A DNA stretch of 64,000 nt from Eledone cirrhosa (taxonomy: Eukaryota). The position numbers were made by a program, and so were the translations under genes. Positions within the stretch are counted from its first letter, which is position 1. Every line of letters begins with the position of its first letter. Of the stretch, positions 40,866 to 56,423 are shown one piece after another. The notes beneath the pieces are model-generated. The model ran no database searches and was not told the origin of the DNA. It saw only the letters and a list, made by a program, of their open reading frames with translations. The stretch spans positions 13,826,001 to 13,890,000 of the forward strand of contig OZ024748.1 in the NCBI GenBank assembly GCA_964016885.1. The letters are read 5' to 3'.

Positions 40866-41014
40866 CTGCCAGAGTCGATTCTAATGAAGATCACCATCGT
40901 CAGAGGGTTGTTCGATCATTCATGGGACGTCATCACATCTGTAATGATATCTGGCGGCCAAAACTATTATCCTCACTTAAAATGACTGAAACCCGCTACA
41001 GTACGATAGGATAG
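40866..41014 (+). CDS. Candidate terminal exon of a pro-peptide precursor ((A)ARVDSNEDHHRQRVVR-SFMGRHHICNDIWRPKLLSSLKMTETRYSTIG*)
   Basis: Acceptor CTGTTCAG|CT, phase 1; acidic spacer, RVVR and C-terminal Gly; homologous to the 13729 copy. Confidence 0.35.
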
Positions 41015-41332
41015 TAACTATATATTGCTGTACTGTAAATAACAGCAACATTGTAAATTAGATTTGAATGTTTCTTTAATTTCTAACGTTGAGCACAACA
41101 CCTCTTGAGAATGTAGCTTGAGGAGACTCTTACTGATTATACATACGTAAATACACGCACACACACACATATATATATATAAATATACACTTATATACAC
41201 ATATATATCTATATATATACATATATACACACACATATACACACACACATATATATACATACACCTATATATATACACACACATATATATACACACACAT
41301 ATATATATACATACACATACATATATACATAC

Positions 41333-41387
<55 letters not shown>

Positions 41388-41689
41388 CATATATATATAT
41401 ACACACATATATATAGATACACATATATATAGATACACATATATATACACATATACATATATACACATATACATATATACACACACATATATACACACAC
41501 ACATACACACACATAATATATATATATACAGACATATATATCGTGTATACGTAGCCGATTTCTCAGACATAGGGAAGATAAATTTAATAAAAAGAATGAT
41601 GTGCTCATGCACAGAGCTACTTTATAATAGATTTTAACAGAGGGCGAAAACACTTAGAGATGGAAAAAAAAGTTGCCATATAGGCTGAA

Positions 41690-42298
41690 GGCAAAATCTA
41701 ATGATAAAGTGTTAAATCGACTCCTGTGCGTTACTAGTATTTTGTTTTACTAATGAAAGGGAAAGCTAACCTCGGCATGATTTGAGCTCAGAATGTAAAG
41801 AGATGTAACTGTATAACACAAGCAAGTTCTCCGACGGTCTAGCGATATTGTCTACCCACCTGTCTATAGTCGTGTACGCAATGTTTACATCATTTTGCAC
41901 TTTCTCTGATTTTTGTTGTTGTTTAGATGCTAGTCAGTTCTTAACCAGTGATTCTGTAACGGTTTCTGATTTAAGCAGAAGGTCAATATATTTTGAGGGT
42001 AGGGAAACACAATCAAATTGAAATCAGTGCGTCACGGGTACTTTATTTTATCGTCCCAGTAAGGATGAAATGGAAAGCTAAATCGGCAAAATTTGAACTT
42101 GGAACGGAAAGGGCCGTAACTATATGCCACAAAGAATGTTGTCCAACGCTCTACATATTCTACTGCCTTTATAGAAATTTAATAATAAGTGTTTCTACTT
42201 TTGGTACAAGGCCAGCAAATACCCAGTATATTGCTGGTACTTTATTTTATCGACCCCGTAAGGATGAAAGGCAAAGTTAACCTTGGTGGGATTTGAAC
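41690..42298 (-). mobile_element. Three Nin-SINE copies of differing age
   Basis: Family motifs. Confidence 0.8.
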
Positions 42299-42361
42299 AG
42301 CATGACACAGCACTATATAAAATACAACACACAAACTGTACACATGTTGTATAGACCATAC

Positions 42362-42427
42362 CTCCGATAAATGGCGAATATGTCAAAATTGCTTTCCCCT
42401 GACGAGTAATCAATGGTGGTGTCGAAC
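42362..42427 (-). CDS. Candidate 66-nt symmetric internal exon
   Basis: TTGCAG|G..GGAG|GTATGG; open in phase 1 (STPPLITRQGKAILTYSPFIG) and phase 2 (FDTTIDYSSGESNFDIFAIYR). Confidence 0.3.
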
Positions 42428-42765
42428 CTGCAACGTGTACATATGATCATAGTTAAAAACCTTCGCCTTCATACTAACACAGATCTAGATTAGTATCGTG
42501 TTACCAATACATGTATCAAACATCTCCTCGCTCTATAGCTATATTTACATATATTATATATATATATGCATGTATGAATGTGTGTGTATAAATATATATA
42601 TATATATATATATCACAGAGAGAGAGAGAGAGAGAGAGAGTGAGAGAGAGAATGAAACACAGAAATGAAAGTATAGCAATCAATATTGTGATTTTCCCTA
42701 AAACTCTTCATTTCTTCACTGATATACACACATGTATACACATACGTTCATATTTATGCATATGA

Positions 42766-42820
<55 letters not shown>

Positions 42821-43292
42821 TATATATATTATTTCCTCACTCGTTCATCTTCCTCCACCATCTCTCTCCCGCTCTTTCCTCAATTCCTCTCATCCTTGTT
42901 CTCAATCTCCCCATAAAGTATACCCTGTAGGTGTATGCAACGTAGATATCTAATTAATGTATATCTTTATTTCGTGAGTAAACCATTACCTTTTCTCAAA
43001 CGTGAAACACTAATTATATTGAAACGGAAATGAAACCTTCAATCTTTTACTTCTGTTCAGTTTGTATTTAGCAATTCACGTTGGTTTTCATATTAAACCT
43101 CCTCTACTTTTACTTTCACTTTCAAACATGTGACAAACACAAATAAACACGGAGAGAGATCCGCGGCAAAATTACGCTTCTGAAAAATGTTGTGTTTCAT
43201 CTTCAACGTGAATATATATGCAGGCATAAAGATGTATATGCCGGTGTGTGTAAAGAGAGAAGAAAAGAAAGAGACAGGTTATACAGTTTTCA

Positions 43293-43348
<56 letters not shown>

Positions 43349-43427
43349 ATGTGTGTATGTGTGTGTGTATTTATCAATGCACTACTAAATCATATATATA
43401 GACTACACTAAAGGAAGACAGCATGCA

Positions 43428-43502
<75 letters not shown>

Positions 43503-44577
43503 CTGTATGTTTATGCATTTACACTAGTTACACATATATACAAGTACATTTACGTAGAAACCAAAACTCTCATACAAAAGCAGAGACTTTCTCAGGCACA
43601 CACATACACTCATAAATAGCTTATATATCTTTGATAAATTTCAGTACCGATTATTGCCGTAATTGCGGTGTATATTACTAAGTACATTTAGATTGTTAAG
43701 GAAAAAATATTATTTATTATCATCATTATTACCATTATCTTTATTGATATTATTATTATTACTATTATTATTAATAACATGTTAGAAATGATACGGTATA
43801 GGTGGAAGTGATGGTAGAAAGAATGAAAGGTTGTTATTCATACAAAAAGAAGCAAGGAGAGAAAAGTGAAGGAAAGGATACATACTAGAGAAAAGAAAAC
43901 AAAATGGTTTCTACTCACTAAGAACGAAACGAAGCTGCGATGGAACGTGCTGTATATTAAAGGTCCGCTATAAATTCACATGTTTCTTTTATCTCATCTC
44001 ATCTAACGTTTATTGGGCTATCTAAATATTATGATTACTATATCACCTCTTCGATTTTCGCTACTGTTCTGCTTCTGTTCTGTTTCGTTATTTTTCTGGG
44101 TAGATTATGGGATATTATATATTTTTACAGCGTGTCGGATAATTTCCTTTAAAGTAAAAAAGCGTGGCGTGGGGAAATCACTTAAACACACACCGTTTTT
44201 CTCGTTCTACATAGATAGGTTATAAATTTTTTTACCAGATGTCATCAAGACCTCACCCCAAAACCAACACTACGACAAGCAACTCTAAATCTAACACCGC
44301 CAACTCAACCTTCGCCAAGACTTTCACCAGCAGCACCATTATCATATTCACAATCAGACAACCGCAAACAAAAAGATCACATTTAACACCAACACCGAGT
44401 CTGCTCCTCACACTATCATAACTAACACTAACACTACCCTTAACACTATCATAACCAACACAAACACCACTAGAATATATATTATGATGTATGTTAGCAG
44501 CAAGTGTCTCCATCAGTCAATTTGCTCGGGATCTCCGCTTTTATTACTCTTGAAGCATTTCATGGTCACAAACTTGT

Positions 44578-44670
<93 letters not shown>

Positions 44671-44750
44671 GTAAACAGAAATAACAACACAAACGGTACA
44701 CTATAGTGAAGGGATATATTAGGTTAACGCTTGATATAGCAGGAAGGGGG

Positions 44751-44786
44751 TCTTAACGTTTCGGATGCTAATCCTTCATCAGAAGA
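44751..44786 (-). ncRNA. Minimal type I hammerhead motif inside Penelope-like remnant 44665-44860
   Basis: UCUU-CUGAUGA-A-GGAU-UAGC-AUCC-GAAA-CG-UU-AAGA; loopless palindromic helix III. Confidence 0.7.
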
Positions 44787-44877
44787 AAGAATGAGAAATA
44801 AGATAGATTGAGGGGACGGGAGGGATGGAATTGGAAAAAAATGTCTTTAGATAAAAATAACAGGCCATTCATGTTGA

Positions 44878-45207
<330 letters not shown>

Positions 45208-46147
45208 ATGTATTAATATAAAAATCTAGATGTCAGTCTTCAGTTCCCTGTCAGTCTTAGCTGAGAAATGTTCATGTTTTTTTTTTATTTTTCTATAAAC
45301 CAAACAACCAGTTTTATTAGATATCGGTATCAATCAATCGATATACTGATAAATATTTGTATTTCCTCTTTCTTAACCTCCTTCCTCTTACTATTTTCTG
45401 CCACTTTGTGTTTTTCTTTATACACACACATGCATAATACATATACACAGACACACACACATATATATATATACATATACACATATGTATACATGTACAT
45501 ATATATATATTTATTTATATATGTGTATATACTTGGTAAACATGGAAGTGTGCTGTAGTTGGACGTGCTTAGTAAAGGAAAAATTTAAGCTTCGCACCGA
45601 AGGAAGATCTCCCATCGACATGTATTCTCCTAATTATGCTTGCTGTATTTGTCTCGGTCTCTGTTTATCATATAAACATATATACATATATATATACATA
45701 CGGAGAGATAAGGTAGATAGATAAGTTTGTAGATAGATAAATTGGTAGATAGATAAATTGGTTGATAAATTAGATAGATAGATAGTTAAATAGATATAAA
45801 CTCCCACACAAAGAAAGGAATGGTCAGAATAATACGGTACTTTGATGAGGTTGGCTCTATGAATTACTAGTGAACCACGGCGTTGGGTTTCCACACAGCT
45901 ATTCAATCCCGAGGTTTAGGTTGATTCAAGACTAAAATAGAGGACACTCATACACGAAGACGCGTAGTTTGATCGATTTAGGGACCTCCAAGTTGTAAAG
46001 CAGACTAGACACCAATTTTATTCGTATCCTAACACATACATACCAACATACACCAACATACACTCACATGCACACAAATGAACACATATAGACATACATA
46101 TATACATAAATTCACTATACACATTGATCAAATATGAAGACGTACAT

Positions 46148-46243
<96 letters not shown>

Positions 46244-46316
46244 CCACTCATGAACACGCATTCATACACATATCCATGGTGATACTTATACAAAAAAAAA
46301 ATAACAAAACGCATAT

Positions 46317-46398
<82 letters not shown>

Positions 46399-46889
46399 CA
46401 ACACAAATGTGTATATCTAAAAAATAAAATATTCTATTTACTTAATTCGGTGAACAATATTAAGAGCTCTTAAACATTTTATAGTGAGGTATTCTTTGAG
46501 AAAAACTAACTATAAATCTACCAATTTGAGAACAATTCACGCATCACAATAATTGCACAAGTTCCTTTCTCTTCTTCTTCTTCTTCTTCTTCTTCGTCGT
46601 CGTCTTCTTTTTCTTCTATATTTAATTATTTGTTTTCTGTTACTTTGTTAGTTTTCATTTTTTTCAAAGCAATTTCCTTTGTCTGTTGTTGCATGCAGGA
46701 ACTTTCACTTGCCCTCCTCCCCTTCCTCCCACGACCACCACGACTTAGACGGCTTCTTATTTCCAAGCAAACAAATGTTCCAGGAAATTGTATTAAAACT
46801 CAAATATATAGCTACAGAAATATATGTACTATATGTGCCAAGATAATTTTTAATATTTTTTTAGTACAAGTATTAAAAAAAAAGTTAAT

Positions 46890-47076
46890 AATTGTTTCTA
46901 CTTTAGGCACAAGGCCAGCAATTATCCAGTGCATTACTGGTACTTTATTTTATCGACCCCGTAAGGATGAAAGGCAAAGTCAACCTCGGCGGAATTTGAA
47001 CTCAGATCGTAAAGGGACGTAACTATGCTGGAAAGCATGGCGTCCGACCCTCCACCGATACTGCCAATCCACCGCC
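46890..47076 (-). mobile_element. Nin-SINE copy (short variant, full head)
   Basis: Family consensus. Confidence 0.9.
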
Positions 47077-47173
47077 TAAAAAAAAAGTTAATAATGACAA
47101 ACCAAAAGAGACGTAAAATATATATGAAATTATATACACACACACATATATATATATACACACACACATATAT

Positions 47174-47275
<102 letters not shown>

Positions 47276-47383
47276 TGATATGTCTATATATATATAAATT
47301 TCATGTGTATAGATATGTATATATATGTACACATACATATATATATATTTGATATGTGTATAGATATGTATATATATATATGT

Positions 47384-47432
<49 letters not shown>

Positions 47433-47439
47433 TGTGAGA

Positions 47440-47520
<81 letters not shown>

Positions 47521-47602
47521 TAGTGACCCCCAAAAATATATACGCACCTCAACGACATTCTAATCAAAGTGTGTATACATTTTCCAGGGAAACCCTGTGT
47601 AT

Positions 47603-47676
<74 letters not shown>

Positions 47677-48299
47677 TTAAAGGTAATCCGATAAGAGGTT
47701 GTGAAACCTACTTATCAAGGATAGTTTAAGTGTACGGCGTTGTGTGACTCTACAAGAGGTTTACTTGAATGGCGAGTTAATGACTTCACTTGTATTCCCA
47801 TGTAAGTATGTCTTGGAAATGTTATTTACAGTCTAAAAATATATATATATATATTTATTTATTAAAATAACAGATTAAAGTTTAAGCAAAGAATCGCTGC
47901 TTTCTCCCTTAACGGTTCTTATATATCTAATATATATTTATCCTTATCGAGCCCTCTTTAGATTTTAGTCTTCAAATTTATTTAGTCTTCTAATATATTG
48001 GTATATATATATATATGTGTATAGTATTAAGGATACTATTTATGGTTATGTATATACTAAAATGTTTTATAATTATATATGTTTTAAACCCTAAACAGTG
48101 AAATACAGTAATTTATTACTACCTTATTACCAGTAAGATAAATAGCTCAATGTAATAACATCAGTTGTTCTACAGAATTTAAATTGCCATTCAGAAATAA
48201 TATATTTGTCACCCCACTGTGCATCAATATATACATATGTATCTGTATGTCTCTTGCGTTGGAAAGGAGGTCACGTATGTATACAAATATTGAAAAAAT

Positions 48300-48344
48300 G
48301 CTCCGAAGACTCCAAAACTCGGTTTGGATGAAACAATTGTAAGC
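48300..48344 (+). ncRNA. Degenerate type I hammerhead motif
   Basis: GCU-CcGAAGA-cUCCAAA..UUUGGAu-GAAA-CAAUUG-UA-AGC followed by UAAUAAA; core U4->C. Confidence 0.5.
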
Positions 48345-48459
48345 TAATAAATGGTTTGAACATAACTTTGATTCCTGTTAATTCTATATATATATATATA
48401 TTTATATATATACCAATATATAGTGCTGTAGTTTGCTTGGAGTATTGTGGAATAATGTG

Positions 48460-48545
<86 letters not shown>

Positions 48546-48620
48546 GTAGGAGGTGAGTTTTTGAAATGCGCATAATAAAATACATGGAACTCCTTTAACC
48601 ATCTTTTGATCTTATATTAT

Positions 48621-48694
<74 letters not shown>

Positions 48695-48951
48695 TTTGTT
48701 ATCTAGAGATGTAACATCGCGGAAGCACCGAAATCGTTAGTGCATTTTCTTCGGAGAACAAAAATTCTACATTGCCTTTTGTTCTACTTCAATGTATTAA
48801 ACGCCTTTAAAAAGATAACATGGATATGGAAGGATTGGAAACTTTTATAAGTATTTCAATAATCCATAAATTTTGCCTTGGGTCTAAACATCACCAAAAT
48901 TAACAATTTCGAAATACTATAAATCCTTACAATATTTTCTCCATTGCACAC

Positions 48952-49412
48952 GAGGAGGCGCGTTATCTAGTGGTTTCCTCGGCTGGGTTGTGTGTTGTTT
49001 TCTTGTGAACATCACTTCATTTCAATACTATTGCTCCAGTATATGCAGCTGAAAATGAGTACCTGCAGAAGCTGGGGGTTGGGCAATGCAATATATGGAC
49101 GTCATATCCAGGCGAGAGTATTGTACTGTCAGTCGCTTCACGCCATTGAGACCGGAATGAGTACCGCCTGACGACCCTCCTTGCTGGGGACAGAAACTGT
49201 GTTGAATTGGCGTCCTGTCCAGGAGGGAGTCTTGAACTCTCAGTCGTTTCAGGCCACGTAAACTGAAATAAGCACCAGTCTGATGAGCCTCCGGGCGTGG
49301 GACATTCATTAACAGTGTGATGAATTGGCGTCTTGTTCAGGAGGGTGTTTTAAACTCTCAGTGGTTTTACACCACGGAAACCGAGATAAACAACTGACGG
49401 GGACAGACTTTA
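48952..49412 (+). mobile_element. CORE/Meta-type SINE with triplicated 3' domain
   Basis: GAATTGGCGTCCTGTCCAGG..CTCTCAGTCG..CCACG..AAC block at ~49090, 49200 and 49315. Confidence 0.7.
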
Positions 49413-49643
49413 AACGTTTTTGTTTTCATGGCACAAATCTATATCCACTCCAGAAATCACCTCATCACACCAATGACGATGGTTCGATACCTCGATGAAG
49501 AATTGCTAATTGATTCTGTTAAACATTTTTTACAAGTTATGATGTCATATCTTCATAATTATAATTCCACATTGCAACGGTTGGTATTGTCTTTCAATGT
49601 GTTGGCTGCTGCTTCATAGATGCGCAATTTTTAGAGAAATATG

Positions 49644-49712
<69 letters not shown>

Positions 49713-49742
49713 TATAAGAGAGTGAGTGAGTGAATGAGTGTG

Positions 49743-49773
<31 letters not shown>

Positions 49774-49979
49774 AAAGAGTTTGGGAAGTACATTCAGCAG
49801 ATACAGATTGAAATACGGATGGAATATTTACAAAAAACAGCATTGTTTGGAACTTCTGGAAATTTCCCTAGGGTACTCGAGAAAATAAGAGGTGTTACAT
49901 CACTTCACTAGTGGTAAACATCTAACACTGTAGTACATCACCAGCGTTAGAAACTGAGCAAAGAATCCAAAATAATAAT

Positions 49980-50190
49980 GATTTCTAGTATAGGCACAAG
50001 GCCAGAAATTTCGGGGTAGGGGAAACTTGATTAAATCGACCCCAGTGCGTGACTGGTACTTTATGTTATCGACGCCGTAAGGATGAAAGGCAAAATTAAC
50101 CTTGGAGGGATTTGAACTCAGATCATAAAGGGCTAATTTGAAATCTCTGCTGCAAAGCAACATGTTTGACACTCTACCGATGCTGCCAAT
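49980..50190 (-). mobile_element. Nin-SINE copy (long variant)
   Basis: Family consensus. Confidence 0.88.
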
Positions 50191-50412
50191 AATAATAATA
50201 ACAATAATAATAACAATAATAATAACAATAATAATAACAATAATGATAACAATAATAATACGACAATCTAATAAATTGAATCTATTATCACAGCTAGTTA
50301 GTTAATTAATTGCGTAATTATGAATCTAGCGGTAAATCAATTAGCGTTTATTTCTAAACGAGGGGAAGACAGATGTATTTCAAATTAACAATCATCACAA
50401 TCACAATGGTTA

Positions 50413-50450
<38 letters not shown>

Positions 50451-50574
50451 CCTCAACAATATCCTCATCCTCTTCATTGTCGTTACTGTTTTCTATAGTT
50501 GCATGCAACTTACTATATCACCAAGTGCAGCCATCTATTCCTGTTCTGAGTGTATGTGTTTGTATTATTTGTCT

Positions 50575-50606
<32 letters not shown>

Positions 50607-50937
50607 ACATATTTGTCGTTTCTTGGGGTTGTCGGGTTGATTGTGTACATCCTGATTCCTTTGTTACATGAGTTTCGCTTGATACACACACACACACTCT
50701 CTCACACACACACACTCACACACACGCACACACACACATACACACCCACACCCACCCACACACACACACATATATATATATACACACATATATATATTGC
50801 ATGTATGTAGGAACGTTCCTACATACATGCAACCCGATGAAAGACGTAACGCCAATGTGCCTTGTATTTTATATAATAGAGTATAACGATATCTCTGTTT
50901 ACAAATTGATGGCTCTTTCTTTTGTGATTACAACCGC

Positions 50938-51042
<105 letters not shown>

Positions 51043-51355
51043 CGCGTGTGTGTGCGTGTGTGTGTGTGTGTGTGTATGATGCTGTTGGAGGATCATGCTG
51101 CCAATAAAAACACACGCAACTGTTAGTTTTCACTTCAGGTTATTATAAATTTCCGTTTAGTTGGTTGGTTCGATAACCGGATAGTTATTTATTTATTATC
51201 AATGCTCTTTTGTCAAGCATCGCCAGTCTGGAACTGCCAGTTGAAACGGCAAGAGCTCAGCCGTCGGTGTCACGATTCTTTCATATAACCTTAATCTACT
51301 ATGCTAAGAATCGAATAATCTGGTCAACTCTGTCAATGCCATTGAACGGAGCGGT

Positions 51356-52180
51356 GTCACGTCCGGCATTTCAATGACAGCAACCTACGTTTCACGGTCA
51401 GTGGAGGCCCGCCAGTAGTTCAGTGTGTTTGTCACGTCCGGCATTTCAATGACAGCAACCTATGTTACACGGTCAGTAGAGGCCCGCCAGTAGTTCAGTG
51501 TGTTTGTCACGTCCGGCATTTCAATGACAGCAACCTATGTTACACGGTCAGTAGAGGCCCGCCAGTAGTTCAGTGTGTTTGTCACGTCCGGCATTTCAAT
51601 GACAGCAACCTACGTTACACGGTCAGTAGAGGCCCGGCAGTAGTTCAGTGTGTTTGTCACGTCCGGCATTTCAATGACAGCAACCTACGTTACACGGTCA
51701 GTGGAGGCCCGGCAGTATTTCAGTGTGTTTGTCACGTCCGGCATTTCAATGACAGCAACCTATGTTACACGGTCAGTAGAGGCCCGCCAGTAGTTCAGTG
51801 TGTTTGTCACGTCCGGCATTTCAATGACAGCAACCTACGTTACACGGTCAGTAGAGGCCCGCCAGTAGTTCAGTGTGTTTGTCACGTCCGGCATTTCAAT
51901 GACAGCAACCTATGTTACACGGTCAGTAGAGGCCCGCCAGTAGTTCAGTGTGTTTGTCACGTCCGGCATTTCAATGACAGCAACCTATGTTACACGGTCA
52001 GTAGAGGCCCGCCAGTAGTTCAGTGTGTTTGTCACGTCCGGCATTTCAATGACAGCAACCTACGTTACACGGTCAGTAGAGGCCCGCCAGTAGTTCAGTG
52101 TGTTTGTCACGTCCGGCATTTCAATGACAGCAACCTACGTTACACGGTCAGTAGAGGCCCGGCAGTAGTTCAGTGTGTTT
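51356..52180. repeat. Minisatellite, 11 x 75 bp
   Basis: Unit GTCACGTCCGGCATTTCAATGACAGCAACCTA(C/T)GTTACACGGTCAGTAGAGGCCCGCCAGTAGTTCAGTGTGTTT starting every 75 nt from 51356. Confidence 0.97.
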
Positions 52181-52317
52181 CCCACAACATTAATTGCAAT
52201 CTTAGAAATATTTGATACTATTAATGTTTGAAAGAATTTCTTTAAAGAACTAACAACCAACAATAATATAGAAGTTATTATTGTTATTTTTGTTGTTAAA
52301 ATTATTCTCGCCAAGAG

Positions 52318-52836
52318 GGCGGTGGATTAGCAGTATCGGTAGAGGGTCGGACGCCATGCCATACAGTATAGAGTTATGGCCCTTTATGATCTCAGTTAAA
52401 ATCCCGCCAAGGATAACTTTGCCCTTCATACTTACAGGGTCGATAAAATAAAGTACCAATCACGCACTGAGGTCGATTTAATCGACTTTCCCCTCCCCCA
52501 AAATTGATTGCCTTGTGCCTATATAAGAAACCATTATTATTGTGGATTGGCAGTATCGGTAGAGGGTCGGACGCCATGCTTTCCAGCAGAGTTACGTCCC
52601 TTTACGATCTGAGTTCAAATCTCGCCGAGGTTGACTTTGCCTTTCATCCTTACGGGGTCGATAAAATAAAGTACCAGTAATGCACTGGGTAATTGCTGGC
52701 CTTGTGCCTAAAGTAGAAACAGTTATTATTCTCACTAAGGTTTGCTTAGCTTTTCATCTTTACTGGGTCGATAAAATAAAGTACCAGTAATGCACTGCGA
52801 TAATAGCAGGCCTTGTGCCAAAAGTAGAAACAATTA
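52318..52836 (+). mobile_element. Tandem array of 3 Nin-SINE copies
   Basis: Long, short and truncated variants head-to-tail. Confidence 0.9.
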
Positions 52837-53639
52837 TTACTATTATAATTTTTTCTTTTTCTTGTTTTTTTATTTTGTTGTATTGGTGGTAGTCGTCGTC
52901 TTCGTCATTGTCCTGTTATTGGTTGTAGTAGCTATAATTGAGGGGGTTACATTCCAGTGATGATTGTGGTGTTATAGATGGTTTGTTGACGTCATTGATG
53001 TTATTGTTTGTGCTAGTGTCGTTGTTGCAGCTATAGGTGTGCATTCTTTTGATATGTATTTTTGATCTGTGTGTATGATGCTGTTGCTTATTTATTTTTT
53101 ACGTTTGTTCTTCTGAAATATTTATTTATAATCATCATCATCATCTTAATTATCAATTCGAGCTTGTCCTCGACCCCATCTCTTGGCCATTATTAAATTT
53201 CCTTTATATTCCTGCACTCACACCGTGAAAACTCAATTATATTTCGTAAAGATAGTATTTTATACATTATCAATGAATAAGAAAACAAAATCAATATAAC
53301 TACATACATACACACTCACACATAAACACACTCACGCACACTGACACAGAACACACACTTGATTCTGTGTGTTTATTTATTCATTTATTCTTTTATTCTG
53401 CAGTTTACTAAATTTAATGGAAATACTCAGCCATACGTTTAGGGTTGTTTAAGTCCTTTGATTGTGGTTATTGTTGTTGTTGTGAGCGATAACTTAATTT
53501 CTTAGATAAGATTTTTTTTTAAATCTCAAAGCCAAACAACTGTGAGTGAAAAAATACAATAACATTATTTATATGTTCACAGATATTACAAACTCATTTA
53601 TTAATCATTGGTTTGATATGTTTTGGATGCATCGATTTG

Positions 53640-53739
<100 letters not shown>

Positions 53740-53756
53740 GTATGTATATATATATA

Positions 53757-53805
<49 letters not shown>

Positions 53806-53884
53806 TATTTGTTATTTTGTTTAACAGAGTAATCATAACAGGGTTTCATTTCATCCTACTGATGGAAAATAGGGAACAAATAAT

Positions 53885-53919
<35 letters not shown>

Positions 53920-54429
53920 CCGTAACAATAACAACAACCGTAACAATAACAAAAACAACAAGAAAAAAATAATATGTTGAAAATGAGTAAAATAAAAATA
54001 AATAAATATATATATATATACATGGAAAGTCAATTTCCTACCGAGAAGGCAATTGTCACAAATAACCAGATACAACAATTCTAGAGTAATAGAAAGAAAA
54101 CAAATAACAGATTTCATAAGTATTTAACATCTGTATGAGTATTACTGGTTGTTCCTTAGATGAATGTTTGAAATATATATATGAATATGCAACCACAGAG
54201 AAACGCTTATAGGTAAAATAGATATAGATAGGCATATAGTCACTTATTTCTATGCATGTGGTGCTCCGTAAATATAATATAAAAATTACTGTTCTACATA
54301 TAATGCAAGCGTTATATAATGATTACTGTAATCTATATACATATTCATCATTAATATTCAGATATGGGTCGGTATATACTTACATACAATTAGATAAACA
54401 TATATTTACACATATACACAACCATATAT

Positions 54430-54950
<521 letters not shown>

Positions 54951-55151
54951 TCTGATAATGGCGTTTCGAACGTCAATACTCATCTTTTTCCATTTATCTG
55001 AGGGTCCGAAACCCCATTATCAGACTAAAATTTCTTTAGTAAAAAAATACGGTGAAAGCTATTCTATTTTCTAATTTAAAAACCTGCTCACTGTTTCAAA
55101 ACATACTTACTTATATACATATATATACATATATATATATATACATATATA

Positions 55152-55226
<75 letters not shown>

Positions 55227-55290
55227 AATAATAATAATTATAATAATAATAAAAAGACGAGTGGTTATTCCTTCATTACATTTATTGGTT

Positions 55291-55321
55291 GGCGACGTGC
55301 GTTTCGCTAGTGATCAGCTCA
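55291..55321 (-). ncRNA. Hammerhead remnant truncated within the core
   Basis: ..UGA-GCUG-AUCAC-UAGC-GAAA-CG-CA-CG-UC-GCC followed by AAUAAA; CUGA missing. Confidence 0.45.
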
Positions 55322-55422
55322 ATTGTAGTAATGACAGAATGAATATACATGACGTACGAACAAGTTCCTGGATATATATATATGTTGGCATATTTGTATA
55401 TATATATATATGTTGGCATATT

Positions 55423-55468
<46 letters not shown>

Positions 55469-55676
55469 TGCCAGCACGCGCCTGAAGAAAGGTCACTAAT
55501 TTTATGTTTCTTCTATCCTGGAAGTATGGTCAATATTAGGCAATTAAAACTTCGGTTAGCGCTTTGTGAACAAAAATGAATCCTATATTTCTTGTCTCTG
55601 CTCGACTGAGCACTGTCTTCTTTTTTTCCTTTTCAGAAATTCGGCTATTGCTACATACACCCATATATATAAACAC

Positions 55677-55873
55677 AAATAATTACAAGGTGACATAAAC
55701 AGCTACTCAAGTTTCGTTGGCCTCTTTGTTTTTATTTTTCTCATGATAGGCTGAATGAGTTGGGTCCCAAAACACAACGAAATTTGAGTACATGTTTATG
55801 TCACTGTTGTAATTATTTATACTAAATTCGTCCTAAGGACTGAGTGCTCTTACTCTTGCATATTTCCACTTAA
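55677..55873 (+). mobile_element. Fold-back element family E (arms 55677-55719 / 55775-55818 plus tail)
   Basis: Homologous to 61074-61275; tail reverse-complemented at 58720-58775; contains CUGAAUGA-GUUG..CAAC-GAAA. Confidence 0.7.
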
Positions 55874-56387
55874 ATTTTATCTCAGTTATAGTCCATATTT
55901 ATTCTTCTTGCTACGTTCTTATATACTAAATTTGCCTCTATGAAAAAGATTCGACGTATCGCACGTTAGTCCTTCATCGAAAATAGTGCATGAACATGAA
56001 TTAGAAAATGTAAAATATAAAAAGTAAGACATGTAAGTGTGTGTGTGTACTGTTAAACATTTTTGTGTATATCACCGTATATATAACTGTGAAAAGGTCT
56101 ATACTTTGCTCACGGTGGGTCCAAGTGTGTTTGGCTGTAAAACATTGTATGTCTGAGATTTGTCTGTGAATGTTAACAAATGTATATTAGTCCATTAAAC
56201 ATAAAACGAAACCCATCTTCAATGTGGAGTAACTGAACTTGAAATAAATTCTCAAAGCAACCACATTATCAGTGAATGTCTCCGTGTATGTACAAATGTA
56301 TAGATCTTACATATCTTTTCTTTTCGATAAATGTTGTTTATCTTTTTACACTGTTTATTATACTAATACTACTACCACCACCACCAT

Positions 56388-56423
<36 letters not shown>

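Noticed and set aside
51356-52180. CRISPR array or tandem retrozyme
   Set aside because: Units are contiguous with no unique spacers, the context is eukaryotic, and no CUGANGA..GAAA core was found on either strand
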